A stretch of 64,000 bases of DNA from assembly GCA_963674865.2 (NCBI GenBank), contig CAXXYE010000009.1:1856001-1920000 (forward strand), written 5' to 3'. The position numbers were made by a program, and so were the translations under genes. The first letter of the stretch is position 1, and each line of letters opens with the position of its first letter. The DNA comes from Candidatus Hydrogenedentota bacterium. GTDB taxonomy: Bacteria; Hydrogenedentota; Hydrogenedentia; Hydrogenedentales; SLHB01. Below, piece after piece: positions 9,283 through 19,239 of the stretch. A model generated the notes under the pieces. It had not been told where the DNA came from, did no database searches, and was given only the letters and a program-made list of their open reading frames with translations.

Positions 9283-9450
9283 CTACGGCGTCTTGGCATA
9301 GTACTTCTGCAGGTTTTCATAAACCGGCGAGAAATTCTCCCAATCTTGGAAGAAGATGGCGATTAGGGACAGTATGATTTGCTCCACCAGCGTGAGTTCG
9401 CTTTCGGCGGCCGGCATCGGGGTCCGGGTAACGGGTTTGACGTGTTTCAT
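9283..9450 (-). CDS. Orphan MKH-leader peptide, 55 aa, putative RiPP precursor (not in ORF track)
   Basis: Hand translation MKHVKPVTRTPMPA-AESELTLVEQIILSLIAIFFQDWENFSPVYENLQKYYAKTP*; GGAAAGG/GAGGA upstream; TGcTACATT extended -10 at about 9484-9492. Confidence 0.8.
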   Translation of the reverse strand: MKHVKPVTRTPMPAAESELTLVEQIILSLIAIFFQDWENFSPVYENLQKYYAKTP

Positions 9451-9788
9451 TCCTCAGCCTTTCCTGATCTCCGCACGGCCGTCAATGTAGCACGTAGACG
9501 CGCCGAGTTCCAGAGGTCCGTTCATTTCGCCGGTGGCCGGGCGGCCAAGCACGCCGCGCCCGAGGCCATGTGAGAATGGTGTTCCGGCGGCGGGGCCGCT
9601 TTTCCCCTTGGATGAAGCTCTATTCCCCGACAGATATTGCCGCGGAGTTCCGGTGCGCGGCGTGTGCGGATCGACCGGCGAACTCGGTTGATCTCCCGGT
9701 GGCGGAGTCCGGTTCGCTGAGATGCCCTTTCGGGGTTTGGTATGCATGAGGCGCTGGTCGAATAAGCAAGGCGCCATACGGAGGACAC

Positions 9789-11480
9789 GTGAACGCATTT
9801 GACAATATTTCGGAGCCTATTCTGGCGGCTTATCCCGACCTTGATCCGGCGGATCTCTGCTTTGTCCCGCCGCCGAGTCTGCGTTTGGGGGATATCGCGC
9901 TACGCATGTTTGAGTCGGCCCAGAAGATGGGCATGGCGCCGGTGAAGCTGGCGGCGCGGATCGCGGGCACGGTTCGGTTTGGCCCGGAGGTCACGCTGGC
10001 CGAGGCCGCGGGGCCTTACCTCAATTTTCGACTCGATCGGGGTTTTTTCGGTAGGAAGATCGTGGGCGAGATCCTCGCGCGCGAGGATTACGGCTCCAGC
10101 GGCACTGGGCAGGGCAGGCGGGCGCTGATCGAGCACACGAGCATCAATCCGAACGCGAGTCCCCATGTCGGCCGGGCGCGCAACGCCATGATCGGTGACA
10201 GTCTGGCTCGGCTGCTCCGCTTCGAGGGTTATGACCTGAGCGTTCACTACTACGTGAATGACATGGGGCGGCAGATCGCCCTATTGGCGTTGAGTTGCGA
10301 GGATCCGGCCAAGCTCACCTTCGATGAGATACTGGATCTATACGTCAAAGCGAATGCCCGCGCCGAGCGAGATCCGGAATTTGCGGCGAAGGGGTATGGC
10401 CTGCTGGCGGCGATGGAGGAAGGCGACGCCAAAGTGCGGCAGCAATTCCACGACATCACGGATCTGTGTCTGCAAGGCCAGTTGGCGGTGCTGGCGCGGT
10501 TGGGGGCCGCCTATGATCGCTTCGACCGGGAGTCCAAATACATCAAAGATCCGCGTCTCGATACCGTGGTGGAGAAGCTCCGTGAGAAGGATGCCGTGTT
10601 CGTGGATGAGGATCAGCGGCTCGTGGTGGATCTTGCCAAACTGGGGCATGCGCAGGAGGAGGGGCGTTATTTCGTGCTCATGCGTGCCAATGGCAGCTCC
10701 ATGTACGGCTACCGCGATCTTGCTTACACCATCGACAAGATGGATCAAGGGGCTGAACTGAACCTGCTTGTTCTAGGTGAAGACCACAAGCTTTACGCGC
10801 AGCAGCAGGCGCTCATTCTCGGCGCGGCGGGGTGCTCTTATCCGGAAACGATCCACTACGCGTACATCCTGCTCAAGGAAGGCAAGATGTCGACGCGTCA
10901 AGGAAACGTCGTGCTGCTGTCGGATTTCCTGAACGAGGCGACGGCGAGGTCCGTGGAGAAGGTGGCGGAGCAATATCCGGAACTCGAGCCCTCGCGGCAG
11001 AAGGAGATCGCGGAGCAAGTGGCCGTGGCGGCGATACGCTTCGCCATTCTCCGGGTGGGGCCGAACAAGAACGTGATTTTCGACTGGGATTCGTGCCTGT
11101 CTTTCACGGGTGATACCGGCCCCTATGTGCAGTACTCCTGCGCGCGCATCAATTCCATTCTGCGCAAGCTGGGCGACGTGCCGTCGGAGATAGGCGAGTC
11201 CTTTCCTATTGAGACGGACGCCGAATGGTCTGTCTTGATGAAGCTGGCGGCGTTTTCGGATACGGTGCAGGCTGCGGTCGACCAGCGCAACTGCGCGTCG
11301 GTAGCGCAGTTTGCGTTAGAAACGGCCCGCTTGTTCACTACTTTCTACCATGATTGCCCCGTGATACAGGCGCCCACCGATGCGCAGCGGATCGCTCGTG
11401 CACAGGTTTGCGCCGCCGTTCGCCGAACGCTTCACAACGCGCTTGACCTGCTCGGTATCGCCGCTCTGGAGCGGATGTAG
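9789..11480 (+). CDS. argS: Arginine--tRNA ligase
   Basis: EHTSINPNASPHVGRARN, KMSTRQG, GDTGPYVQYSCAR, DALR-type C-terminus. Confidence 0.95.
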   Translation: MNAFDNISEPILAAYPDLDPADLCFVPPPSLRLGDIALRMFESAQKMGMAPVKLAARIAGTVRFGPEVTLAEAAGPYLNFRLDRGFFGRKIVGEILAREDYGSSGTGQGRRALIEHTSINPNASPHVGRARNAMIGDSLARLLRFEGYDLSVHYYVNDMGRQIALLALSCEDPAKLTFDEILDLYVKANARAERDPEFAAKGYGLLAAMEEGDAKVRQQFHDITDLCLQGQLAVLARLGAAYDRFDRESKYIKDPRLDTVVEKLREKDAVFVDEDQRLVVDLAKLGHAQEEGRYFVLMRANGSSMYGYRDLAYTIDKMDQGAELNLLVLGEDHKLYAQQQALILGAAGCSYPETIHYAYILLKEGKMSTRQGNVVLLSDFLNEATARSVEKVAEQYPELEPSRQKEIAEQVAVAAIRFAILRVGPNKNVIFDWDSCLSFTGDTGPYVQYSCARINSILRKLGDVPSEIGESFPIETDAEWSVLMKLAAFSDTVQAAVDQRNCASVAQFALETARLFTTFYHDCPVIQAPTDAQRIARAQVCAAVRRTLHNALDLLGIAALERM

Positions 11481-11688
11481 GCGGATCGGCGCTCGGCGGA
11501 TGGGCCGGCAATGGCGCCCCGAGGCCAAGTTATCGGCAGCAAGAGCATCGGGCCTCGCGGCGTTGCGACGGCGCGTCATTAGTTGATAGACTCTGCCCGC
11601 CTGATGGGCTGCTCCCGCGGCGCCTTCGTTTTTCAACAGGGGCCGCGGCACATTGTTTCTATTCTCCGGATAAGAAAGGAGTTATCTC

Positions 11689-12846
11689 ATGCAGATTGCC
11701 CCCCATGGCGGCCGCTTGATCAACCGCCTGTTGCACGGCCCCGAACTGGACGCGGCTAAGTCGCGCGTGGCGAACCTGCCGCGTATCAAGGTGGACACGT
11801 ACGCGGCATTCGATATCGATGGAATCGCGAAGGGTTTGTTCAGCCCGTTGACGGGCTTCATGAACGCGGAGCAGACGCATCGCGTTCTCGATACGATGCA
11901 TCTGGCCGATGGTATCCCCTGGACGATTCCTCTGCTCTTGGCCGTAAGCCAGGAGGATGCGGATCGGCTCGACGTCGGGGGCGAGGTGGCCATCGAGGAT
12001 GATATGGGCGATGTGCTGGCCATTCTGCACCTTTCCGAGAAGTTCTCGCTCGATCACAAGGCGGTCTGCGAGAAGGTGTACCGGACATCGGATGAATCCC
12101 ATCCGGGGGTGAAGTACACGATGTCGTTGGGCCCGGTGTTCTTGGCGGGTGATCTTGACGTGTTGAAGGCGCGCGATATTGAGTTCCAGGAGTACAACCT
12201 GACGCCTGAACAGACGCGCGCGGCCTTCGCGGAGCGGGGATGGAGCCGCATCGTCGCCTTTCAGACGCGCAATCCGGTACACCGCGCGCACGAGTACCTC
12301 CAGAAGTGCGCCCTTGAGATCTGCGACGGCCTTCTTCTGCATCCGCTGATGGGCACGACGAAGAGTGATGATATCCCGGGGCCAGTGCGCATGGGCTGCT
12401 ACACGACGATCCTTGAGAAGTACTATCCGGCGGATCGCACGCTGCTCTCGCTTATGCCGGTGAACATGCGCTATGCCGGGCCTATGGAGGCGATCATGCA
12501 CGCCATCATCCGCAAGAACTATGGCTGCACGCATTTCATCGTGGGCCGCGACCACGCCGGCGTGGGGAACTTCTATGGGACGTACGATGCCCAACACATT
12601 TTCGATGAGTTCGACCCGGAGGAAATCGGTATCACACCGCTCTTCTTCGATCATGCGTTCTTCTGCAAAGCGTGCGGGAACATGGCGTCCGTGAAGACGT
12701 GTCCCCACGGCAAAGAGGAGCACGTCTTTCTGAGCGGCACAAAGGTGCGCGAGATGCTGCGTAATGGCGATATGCCGCCGGCCGAGTTCACGCGCCCCGA
12801 GGTCGCGAAGGTGTTGATGGCGTGGGCCCAGCAGAATGGCGAATGA
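11689..12846 (+). CDS. sat: Sulfate adenylyltransferase
   Basis: FQTRNPVHRAHEY, RYAGP, GRDHAGVG, SGTKVR. Confidence 0.96.
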   Translation: MQIAPHGGRLINRLLHGPELDAAKSRVANLPRIKVDTYAAFDIDGIAKGLFSPLTGFMNAEQTHRVLDTMHLADGIPWTIPLLLAVSQEDADRLDVGGEVAIEDDMGDVLAILHLSEKFSLDHKAVCEKVYRTSDESHPGVKYTMSLGPVFLAGDLDVLKARDIEFQEYNLTPEQTRAAFAERGWSRIVAFQTRNPVHRAHEYLQKCALEICDGLLLHPLMGTTKSDDIPGPVRMGCYTTILEKYYPADRTLLSLMPVNMRYAGPMEAIMHAIIRKNYGCTHFIVGRDHAGVGNFYGTYDAQHIFDEFDPEEIGITPLFFDHAFFCKACGNMASVKTCPHGKEEHVFLSGTKVREMLRNGDMPPAEFTRPEVAKVLMAWAQQNGE

Positions 12847-12995
12847 GCAGGTGCGGCCCGGCCAGCCGGAAGCTCGCGGAGGGGTGTTGAAAGGCGGCGG
12901 GTCGACACATACAATGAATCGGGGCCGGGGCTCGTGGCCTTGTTATTGGGGCCGTGTGCATCGGGAAAAGGGTTCTTTTCCGAGTGAGGTCGCCG

Positions 12996-13556
12996 ATGCG
13001 AGTTAAGTTCTCGAAGACAGACATCGAAGGGCCGCTAGTCGTCGAAACCAATATCTTTCGCGATGAGCGGGGCTTTTTCACGGAAGTCTACGCCGAGGAC
13101 GCCTGGCAGGAGCAGGGCTTCACGGAGCGATTTGTTCAGGATAACATGAGCCTGTCCGCCGCGGGAACGCTTCGCGGTATGCACTACCAGAAAGATCCCC
13201 ACGCGCTAGGCAAGCTCGTGCGCGTCTTGAGGGGGGCGGTGTTCGATGTTGCCGTCGATCTGCGGCGCGGGTCGCCGACCCTTGGGCGATGGGTCGGGCA
13301 GACGCTCACGGCCGAGAATGGGCTGGCCTTCTGGGTTCCTCCGGGTTTCGCTCATGGCTTCCTCGCCACTGAACCGGACACGCTGGTTTATTATAAGTGC
13401 ACGGGGCTGTACGCGCCCCAGGCGGAGGCGTCGCTCTCTTATAAGGACCCGGCGGTCGATATCAAATGGCCCTCCGCGCCGCGCATCGTCGCGCCGCGCG
13501 ATGAGGCCGCCCCGCTGTTGGCTGATGCCGACTACAACTTCACCTATCACCCCTGA
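12996..13556 (+). CDS. rfbC: dTDP-4-dehydrorhamnose 3,5-epimerase
   Basis: DERGFF, FVQDN, LRGMHYQ, DVAVDLR, GFAHGF. Confidence 0.94.
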   Translation: MRVKFSKTDIEGPLVVETNIFRDERGFFTEVYAEDAWQEQGFTERFVQDNMSLSAAGTLRGMHYQKDPHALGKLVRVLRGAVFDVAVDLRRGSPTLGRWVGQTLTAENGLAFWVPPGFAHGFLATEPDTLVYYKCTGLYAPQAEASLSYKDPAVDIKWPSAPRIVAPRDEAAPLLADADYNFTYHP

Positions 13557-13623
13557 GTGAGGGTGTCGTATCGGGCGGTGCGATGAAGGGGCGTAGCGGA
13601 CGACGGAAGGGAGTGGAGGCCCT

Positions 13624-14586
13624 ATGAAGATCCTGGTTGGGGGAGGAGGGGGATTCATCGGGTCCGTGCTTGTGCCGCTGCTTCAGGAGCACGGGTACGA
13701 AGTCGATGTGGTAGATTTGCTTTGGTTCGGTGGGCATTTGCCCGAGGGAACGAACCTGCGCCAGGAGGACCTCTTTCAACTCGACGAAAGCGATCTTCGA
13801 GGCTACGAGCATGTGATATTCCTGGCCGGGCTATCGAATGATCCCATGGCCGAGTTCAATCCGTCCATGAACTTCATCCAGAACGGCGCGCTGCCGAGTT
13901 ATCTGGCCTTTCGCGCGAAGCAAGCGGGTGTGCGGCGCTTCATCTACGCGTCATCGTGTTCGGTCTACGGTTACACGGTTAACCAGTTGTACGATGAGAA
14001 TTCGCCTGTCACGTGCGGGTATCCGTACGGCATTTCGAAGCTCCAGGGCGAGCGCGGGGTGCTTCAACTCCAAGATGAGAACTTCTCCACTATCGCGCTT
14101 CGACAGGGCACGGTCTGCGGGCACAGCCCGCGCATGCGTTTTGACCTGATTGTCAATACGATGTTCAAGACAGCCATGGTGGAAGGTCATATCACCGTCA
14201 ACAATCCCTCGGTCTGGCGGCCCATTATCGACGTGCGGGACACGGCCTCGGCGTTTCTTCGCGCCGTTCAGGCCGACCATCGCGTCAGCGGCGTTTTCAA
14301 CGTGGCCCACGATAACTATACGGTGGGACAGGTTGCCGATCTCGTCAAGGATGAGCTGGAGGAGCTTGCCGGCAAATCTACCGGCGTCACGGTGAAGCAC
14401 ATCGAGGATTTTCGGAACTACAAGGTCACGTGTGAGAAGGCGCGGGCCATTCTCGGCTTCTCTCCGCGCTATGGCGTTCCCGAGATGGTTCAGAGCCTAT
14501 ATAGACACATGGCGTCGTACGGCGATTTCTCCGACGATCTCTTTTACAACATCGCAACTTTCAAGAAGCTCCCGCCGCTTTCGTAG
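13624..14586 (+). CDS. NAD-dependent epimerase/dehydratase (SDR)
   Basis: GGGGFIGS, LSNDP, YASSCSVYG, YGISK. Confidence 0.9.
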   Translation: MKILVGGGGGFIGSVLVPLLQEHGYEVDVVDLLWFGGHLPEGTNLRQEDLFQLDESDLRGYEHVIFLAGLSNDPMAEFNPSMNFIQNGALPSYLAFRAKQAGVRRFIYASSCSVYGYTVNQLYDENSPVTCGYPYGISKLQGERGVLQLQDENFSTIALRQGTVCGHSPRMRFDLIVNTMFKTAMVEGHITVNNPSVWRPIIDVRDTASAFLRAVQADHRVSGVFNVAHDNYTVGQVADLVKDELEELAGKSTGVTVKHIEDFRNYKVTCEKARAILGFSPRYGVPEMVQSLYRHMASYGDFSDDLFYNIATFKKLPPLS

Positions 14587-14610
14587 ACGGGAGTGCCGTG
14601 AAGGAGGACT

Positions 14611-15534
14611 ATGGCGAAGGTACTCGTGACGGGCGGCGCGGGATTCATCGGGTCGCATGTTGTGGATGCGTGCCTGGGTGCGGGGCATCGCGTTACCGTG
14701 GTGGACAATCTCAGCTCCGGCTCGCGCGGGAATCTCAATCCTGAAGCACGGCTGGTCGAAATGGATATCCGTTCGCAGGAACTTGCGCGCGTGTTCGAGG
14801 AGGGGGCGCCTGATTTCGTTCTCCATTTTGCTGCCCAGATCGACGTGCGGAAGAGCCTCGACACGCCCGTTTTCGACGCCGAGACTAATATCGGCGGGAC
14901 GATAAACATCCTCGAGAACTGCGTGCGGCAGAAGGTGGGCAAGTTCATCTACGCTTCGACCGGCGGGGCCATCTACGGTGAGCCGGAGGCGCTCCCCGCT
15001 TCGGAGAGCCAGCGGCCCGATCCGCTCTGCCATTACGGCGCGAGCAAGTACGGCGCGGAGGTGTATACGCGGCTGTACCAGAAGCTTTACGGGCTTCACT
15101 CCACCATCTTGCGTTTTCCAAATGTTTATGGCCCCCGCCAGAGTCCGCACGGCGAGGCGGGCGTCTGCTCGATCCTCGCCGGCCTCATGCTTGAGGCTAA
15201 GGCGCCCACCCTCTATGGCTTCGGAGAACCTGTCCGGGATTACGTCTATGTGGGAGATATCGCGCGCGCCAGTATGCTGGCCCTCGGTAAGGGAGACGGC
15301 GAGACGCTCAATCTGGGTTCGGGCGAGGGCACTACGGTGCGCAGGCTGTTCGATATTCTTCAAGAGCTGACGGCGTTCAAGGGCGAGCCGATCCTGAAGC
15401 CGACGCGGCCCGGGGAGGTTAACCGCATCTACATCACCGGCGGAAGAGCCCTTGAGGTGTTGGGATGGCGGCCCGAGGTCAGCTTACGTGAGGGGCTTGC
15501 AGAGACCGTCGCCTTCATCAAAGCGAACGCGTAG
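14611..15534 (+). CDS. NAD-dependent epimerase, UDP-glucose 4-epimerase-like
   Basis: GGAGFIGS, STGGAIYG, YGASK, NVYGPRQ.PHGEAGV. Confidence 0.9.
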   Translation: MAKVLVTGGAGFIGSHVVDACLGAGHRVTVVDNLSSGSRGNLNPEARLVEMDIRSQELARVFEEGAPDFVLHFAAQIDVRKSLDTPVFDAETNIGGTINILENCVRQKVGKFIYASTGGAIYGEPEALPASESQRPDPLCHYGASKYGAEVYTRLYQKLYGLHSTILRFPNVYGPRQSPHGEAGVCSILAGLMLEAKAPTLYGFGEPVRDYVYVGDIARASMLALGKGDGETLNLGSGEGTTVRRLFDILQELTAFKGEPILKPTRPGEVNRIYITGGRALEVLGWRPEVSLREGLAETVAFIKANA

Positions 15535-15583
15535 ATGGTTGAGGCGACTGGCGTAGGAAACGAACCGCAATGAGGGGAAGTGC

Positions 15584-16450
15584 GTGAAGGTATTGGTGAT
15601 CGGCTCCGAGGGGCAGCTCGGCTCCGAAGTGTGCAAGGTATTCGCGGATGAGCAGTTGTGCCGGGCGGATCTTGCGGGGGGCGATGTGCGCCTCGACATC
15701 GCCGACGGGGAGCGGGTCCGTGGGGTGATTGTGGACGAGCAGGCGCCGGACCTCGTGATCAATACGGCGGGGGCGATCAACGTGCCTCGCTGTGAAGAAG
15801 AGCCTGAATGGGCGTTCCGTTTGAACGCGGTGGCTGCGAAGAACCTGGCGTCGGCGTGCCGGGATGGGGGGGCGCGGCTGGTTCATATCAGTACGGATTA
15901 CGTCTTCGGGCATGGGGGCGCCCGGCCTTATGAGGAGGCGGACTCGCCCGCTCCGCTGAGTTACTATGGTGCGAGCAAGTTGGCTGGGGAACACTTGGTG
16001 GCGGCGCATTGCAGCGATTATGCCATTGTCCGGACGGCGGCCATCTACGGCCCGGCGCCCTGCCGTGCGAAAGAAGGCATGAACTTCGTCAAGATGATGC
16101 TGCATCTTGCCGAAACGAGAGATGAGGTGCGGGTGGTCACGGATGAGGTGACGACGCCGACGTACACGGTGTCGTTGGCCGAGCAGGTCAAGCTTATCGC
16201 CACGCAGGGGCGCTCGGGCCTCTACCACGCCACGTGCCAGGGACAGTGCTCCTGGTATGAGTTCGCCAAGGCCATCTTCGATGTCAGCGGAGTGCAGGTG
16301 AGGCTGGTCGAAACCACCACGGCCGACTTTCCTTCCCCTGTCAAGCGCCCGGAGTATTCGGTGTTGCGGAACAAGTATCTTCAGGAACAGGAGCTTGACG
16401 TCATGCCTCACTGGCGTGAGGCGTTGGAAGCGTACCTGGCGGCTTCGTAG
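15584..16450 (+). CDS. rfbD: dTDP-4-dehydrorhamnose reductase
   Basis: GSEGQLG, HISTDYVF, YGASKLAGE, RPEYS. Confidence 0.92.
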   Translation: MKVLVIGSEGQLGSEVCKVFADEQLCRADLAGGDVRLDIADGERVRGVIVDEQAPDLVINTAGAINVPRCEEEPEWAFRLNAVAAKNLASACRDGGARLVHISTDYVFGHGGARPYEEADSPAPLSYYGASKLAGEHLVAAHCSDYAIVRTAAIYGPAPCRAKEGMNFVKMMLHLAETRDEVRVVTDEVTTPTYTVSLAEQVKLIATQGRSGLYHATCQGQCSWYEFAKAIFDVSGVQVRLVETTTADFPSPVKRPEYSVLRNKYLQEQELDVMPHWREALEAYLAAS

Positions 16451-16476
16451 CGAGTCTGGGGCGAATGCGAGGCTGC

Positions 16477-17784
16477 TCAGACGTCCGGCCTGCCGATGCT
16501 GAAGTACCGGAATCCTGCTTCGGCGATGACTTTGGGATTGTAGAGGTTCCTTCCATCGAAGATGACCGTTTCCCGCATCATGCCGGCCATACGGTCGAAA
16601 TCGGGGCGATGGAACTCGCGCCACTCGGTCGCAATAACCAAACCATCCGTTTCTTCGAGGCAGGCGTACATCTTCGGGGCCACCGTGATGCGATCTCCGT
16701 AGAGTGCCTTCAGGTTCGGCCCTGCCACGGGGTCGTAGATGTTTACCTGGCCGCCGGCTTCGAGGAGGGCGTCGATCACGCCCAAGGCCGGGGCCTCGCG
16801 AATGTCATCCGTCCGCGGCTTGAAGCTGCCTCCCCAGATGGCGATGCGTTTCTCGGAGATTGCCGGGCCATAGTGGCGCAGCAGGCGATCGTTGAACCTC
16901 TGTAATTGGGCCTTGTTGGTGGCGGAAACACCGTCAAGGACGGGCGTTGAAAGAGCTTTGTCTTTGGCCATTCTGGACGCGGCGATGACGTCCTTGGGCA
17001 GGCACGAGCCGCCGAAGGCAAGTCCCGGAAACAGGTACGTCGAGCCAAGGCGGGAGTCGGCCATGAGGGCTTCCCGGACGCGGGTGATGTCCACGCCGTA
17101 GGCGTCGGCGATGTTGGCAAGCTCATTCATGAGGGAGATACGCGCGGCAAGCATGGCGTTTGCCGCGTACTTGGCGAGTTCGGCGCTGCGGATGTTCATG
17201 GCGATGAAGGGCTTGCCGGTTCGCAGGAAGGGTGCATAGAGTTCGCGCATGATCTCGAGTACGCGGATGTCTTCACAGCCTACGATCACGCGATCCGGGC
17301 GGAGGAAGTCGTCGACGGCGGCCCCCTCTTTCAGGAATTCCGGATTCGCTACAACATCGAAGGGGTGAGACGTCAGTTCGGCCACCCGCTCGCGGACTCT
17401 CTCCGTAGTACCGATGGGTACGGTGCTCTTCACGACGATGATGGCGTATCCGCTCAGGGCGCGGCCGACGGCATCCACGGCGTTGTCGAGCTGGGTCATG
17501 TCTGCGGCGCCATCGGGCCCTGAGGGGGTGCCGACGCAAAGGAAGATGAGGAGTTTGTCGGCCACGCCCTCGGCGATATCCGTGGCAAGGCAGAGCCGTT
17601 CTTCCTCGATGTTATGCATGACGAGTTCTTCGAGTCCCGGCTCGTAGAACGGCATCTTGCCTTCGCGGAGCTTCTCTATCTTCGAGGGGTCCTCATCGAC
17701 GCACGTCACCCAGTGGCCGTTTTCCGCCAATCCGGTGCCCACCACCAAGCCGACATAACCCGTTCCGATAATTGCGATTCGCAT
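16477..17784 (-). CDS. ugd: UDP-glucose 6-dehydrogenase
   Basis: GTGYVG, KSTVP, NPEFLKEG, GGSCLPKD, FKPRTDDIRE. Confidence 0.93.
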   Translation of the reverse strand: MRIAIIGTGYVGLVVGTGLAENGHWVTCVDEDPSKIEKLREGKMPFYEPGLEELVMHNIEEERLCLATDIAEGVADKLLIFLCVGTPSGPDGAADMTQLDNAVDAVGRALSGYAIIVVKSTVPIGTTERVRERVAELTSHPFDVVANPEFLKEGAAVDDFLRPDRVIVGCEDIRVLEIMRELYAPFLRTGKPFIAMNIRSAELAKYAANAMLAARISLMNELANIADAYGVDITRVREALMADSRLGSTYLFPGLAFGGSCLPKDVIAASRMAKDKALSTPVLDGVSATNKAQLQRFNDRLLRHYGPAISEKRIAIWGGSFKPRTDDIREAPALGVIDALLEAGGQVNIYDPVAGPNLKALYGDRITVAPKMYACLEETDGLVIATEWREFHRPDFDRMAGMMRETVIFDGRNLYNPKVIAEAGFRYFSIGRPDV

Positions 17785-17914
17785 CTGCCGTCCTCGTCTT
17801 TGTGTTGTGATCCGGTAGGGAGGTGATTCTAGCACTCACTCGCAAGCGCCGCAAAACGAAGGCCCCGCAGGCACCAAACGTTTGGGACAGGATAGCGGGG
17901 AGGTATCCGGTGGG

Positions 17915-19072
17915 CTAACTTATCTTACCGCGGATAACTACGTCGGCTTCTTTCAGGAGGTCCAGCTCGACGGGGGCGATGGCCTTCCCGTGACTGTCCC
18001 GCGTGAGTACCGTCAGGGGCTTGTCGAGCTGCTCCCTTCGGACCTCGACGACAATGCCTGTGAAGTTCCTGTACGGGCCGGAGCGTACGAGGATTTCGGC
18101 CCCACGTGGAAACACGGGCACCACGCGGAAGAAGGCGGCTACGACCGCCTTGTTGAGGTGTGGGCCCGCGGCATCGCGGATGGCGGAAAGGGCCGTGTCG
18201 GGCGACATGGGCGGTTTGCCGCCCGTGCCCGAGCAGAGATTGTCGTACACGTTCGCTACGGCGGTTATCTCGCCGAGAAGGGTGGGAATCGGGGGAGGCA
18301 GTTCGCGGTTGCGCTCGATGGTGTTGCTTCCGATCAGGCCTCGCGGCTCGCCGCTTCCATCTTGGCGCTCGTGATGTTCGAGGGCGACGTGAGGGGCCAG
18401 GAGGTCCGGTTCGTCGCTGTTCTTGAGCAGTTCGTAGCCGAGCAGGGTGTGCTGCCGGAGCGCCCGGCGTTGATCCGCCGCCGGGTCGACGAACACTTTG
18501 CCGATGTCGTGGAGTAGTGATCCGAGCGCCAGTGGCTTGAGGTGGTGATCGCGTATCCCGGCGGTCTTGCCGATCATGATGGAGACCACGCAGACATCGA
18601 TGGAATGCTGGTAGATTTCGGCGTCGGCGGAGCGAATGGAGGCGAGGCCGCCAAGGGTTCTTCGCGTCAGTATCTCGTCCAGGATGGCGTCGACCACGGA
18701 TTTTAGGTTGGCCAGCGGCCCCTTCTCACTTACCAAGGTGCGGATTGAGTCGGAGCCACAAGCGCTCTTGAGGTCATCGAAGGACTTCTCGCGCAGGGCC
18801 GTGACCTGCTTCTCGATGGTCTTGATGGATTGGTGGAGCGTCTGGAATGCGCGGGCCCTGGTTTCCGGGTCGAGGTCCTCGTCCGGGGGAACATCGACGG
18901 CGGATTCAGGATCGGCGACGTAGATGCGCTCGAAACCTTTCAACTGAAGAGCTTTGATGTAATTCTCCGTCAGCTGGACGCCGCTATTGAGAAGGGGCCG
19001 GCCCATGTCGTCCAATACCACGCGCCCCACCACTAGACCTGGGCGAAGATTCTTGACGTTTACCAAGCGCAT
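17915..19072 (-). CDS. HD-GYP domain protein (degenerate motif)
   Basis: HSIDV, LLHDIGK, HHERQDGSGEPRG. Confidence 0.85.
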   Translation of the reverse strand: MRLVNVKNLRPGLVVGRVVLDDMGRPLLNSGVQLTENYIKALQLKGFERIYVADPESAVDVPPDEDLDPETRARAFQTLHQSIKTIEKQVTALREKSFDDLKSACGSDSIRTLVSEKGPLANLKSVVDAILDEILTRRTLGGLASIRSADAEIYQHSIDVCVVSIMIGKTAGIRDHHLKPLALGSLLHDIGKVFVDPAADQRRALRQHTLLGYELLKNSDEPDLLAPHVALEHHERQDGSGEPRGLIGSNTIERNRELPPPIPTLLGEITAVANVYDNLCSGTGGKPPMSPDTALSAIRDAAGPHLNKAVVAAFFRVVPVFPRGAEILVRSGPYRNFTGIVVEVRREQLDKPLTVLTRDSHGKAIAPVELDLLKEADVVIRGKIS

Positions 19073-19239
19073 GAGCGATATCTCGCGACCCGGGTGGTCG
19101 GTTTCCCTGGTGCCCCCTTGCGGCGCATCGTTGGATGAGTATGCTTTGAAGCCATCCGCCGTCCGTGGCAGGCGCGGGATAACTGCCGCGCCCGTATTCT
19201 CTCTCCGGGGCCTATGCTAACGGAGAACCCCCTACCGCG

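Noticed and set aside
11628..12895. Composite transposon around sat from TTTTTCAACAG / GTGTTGAAAG ends
   Set aside because: Matches are short, point outward, and there is no transposase
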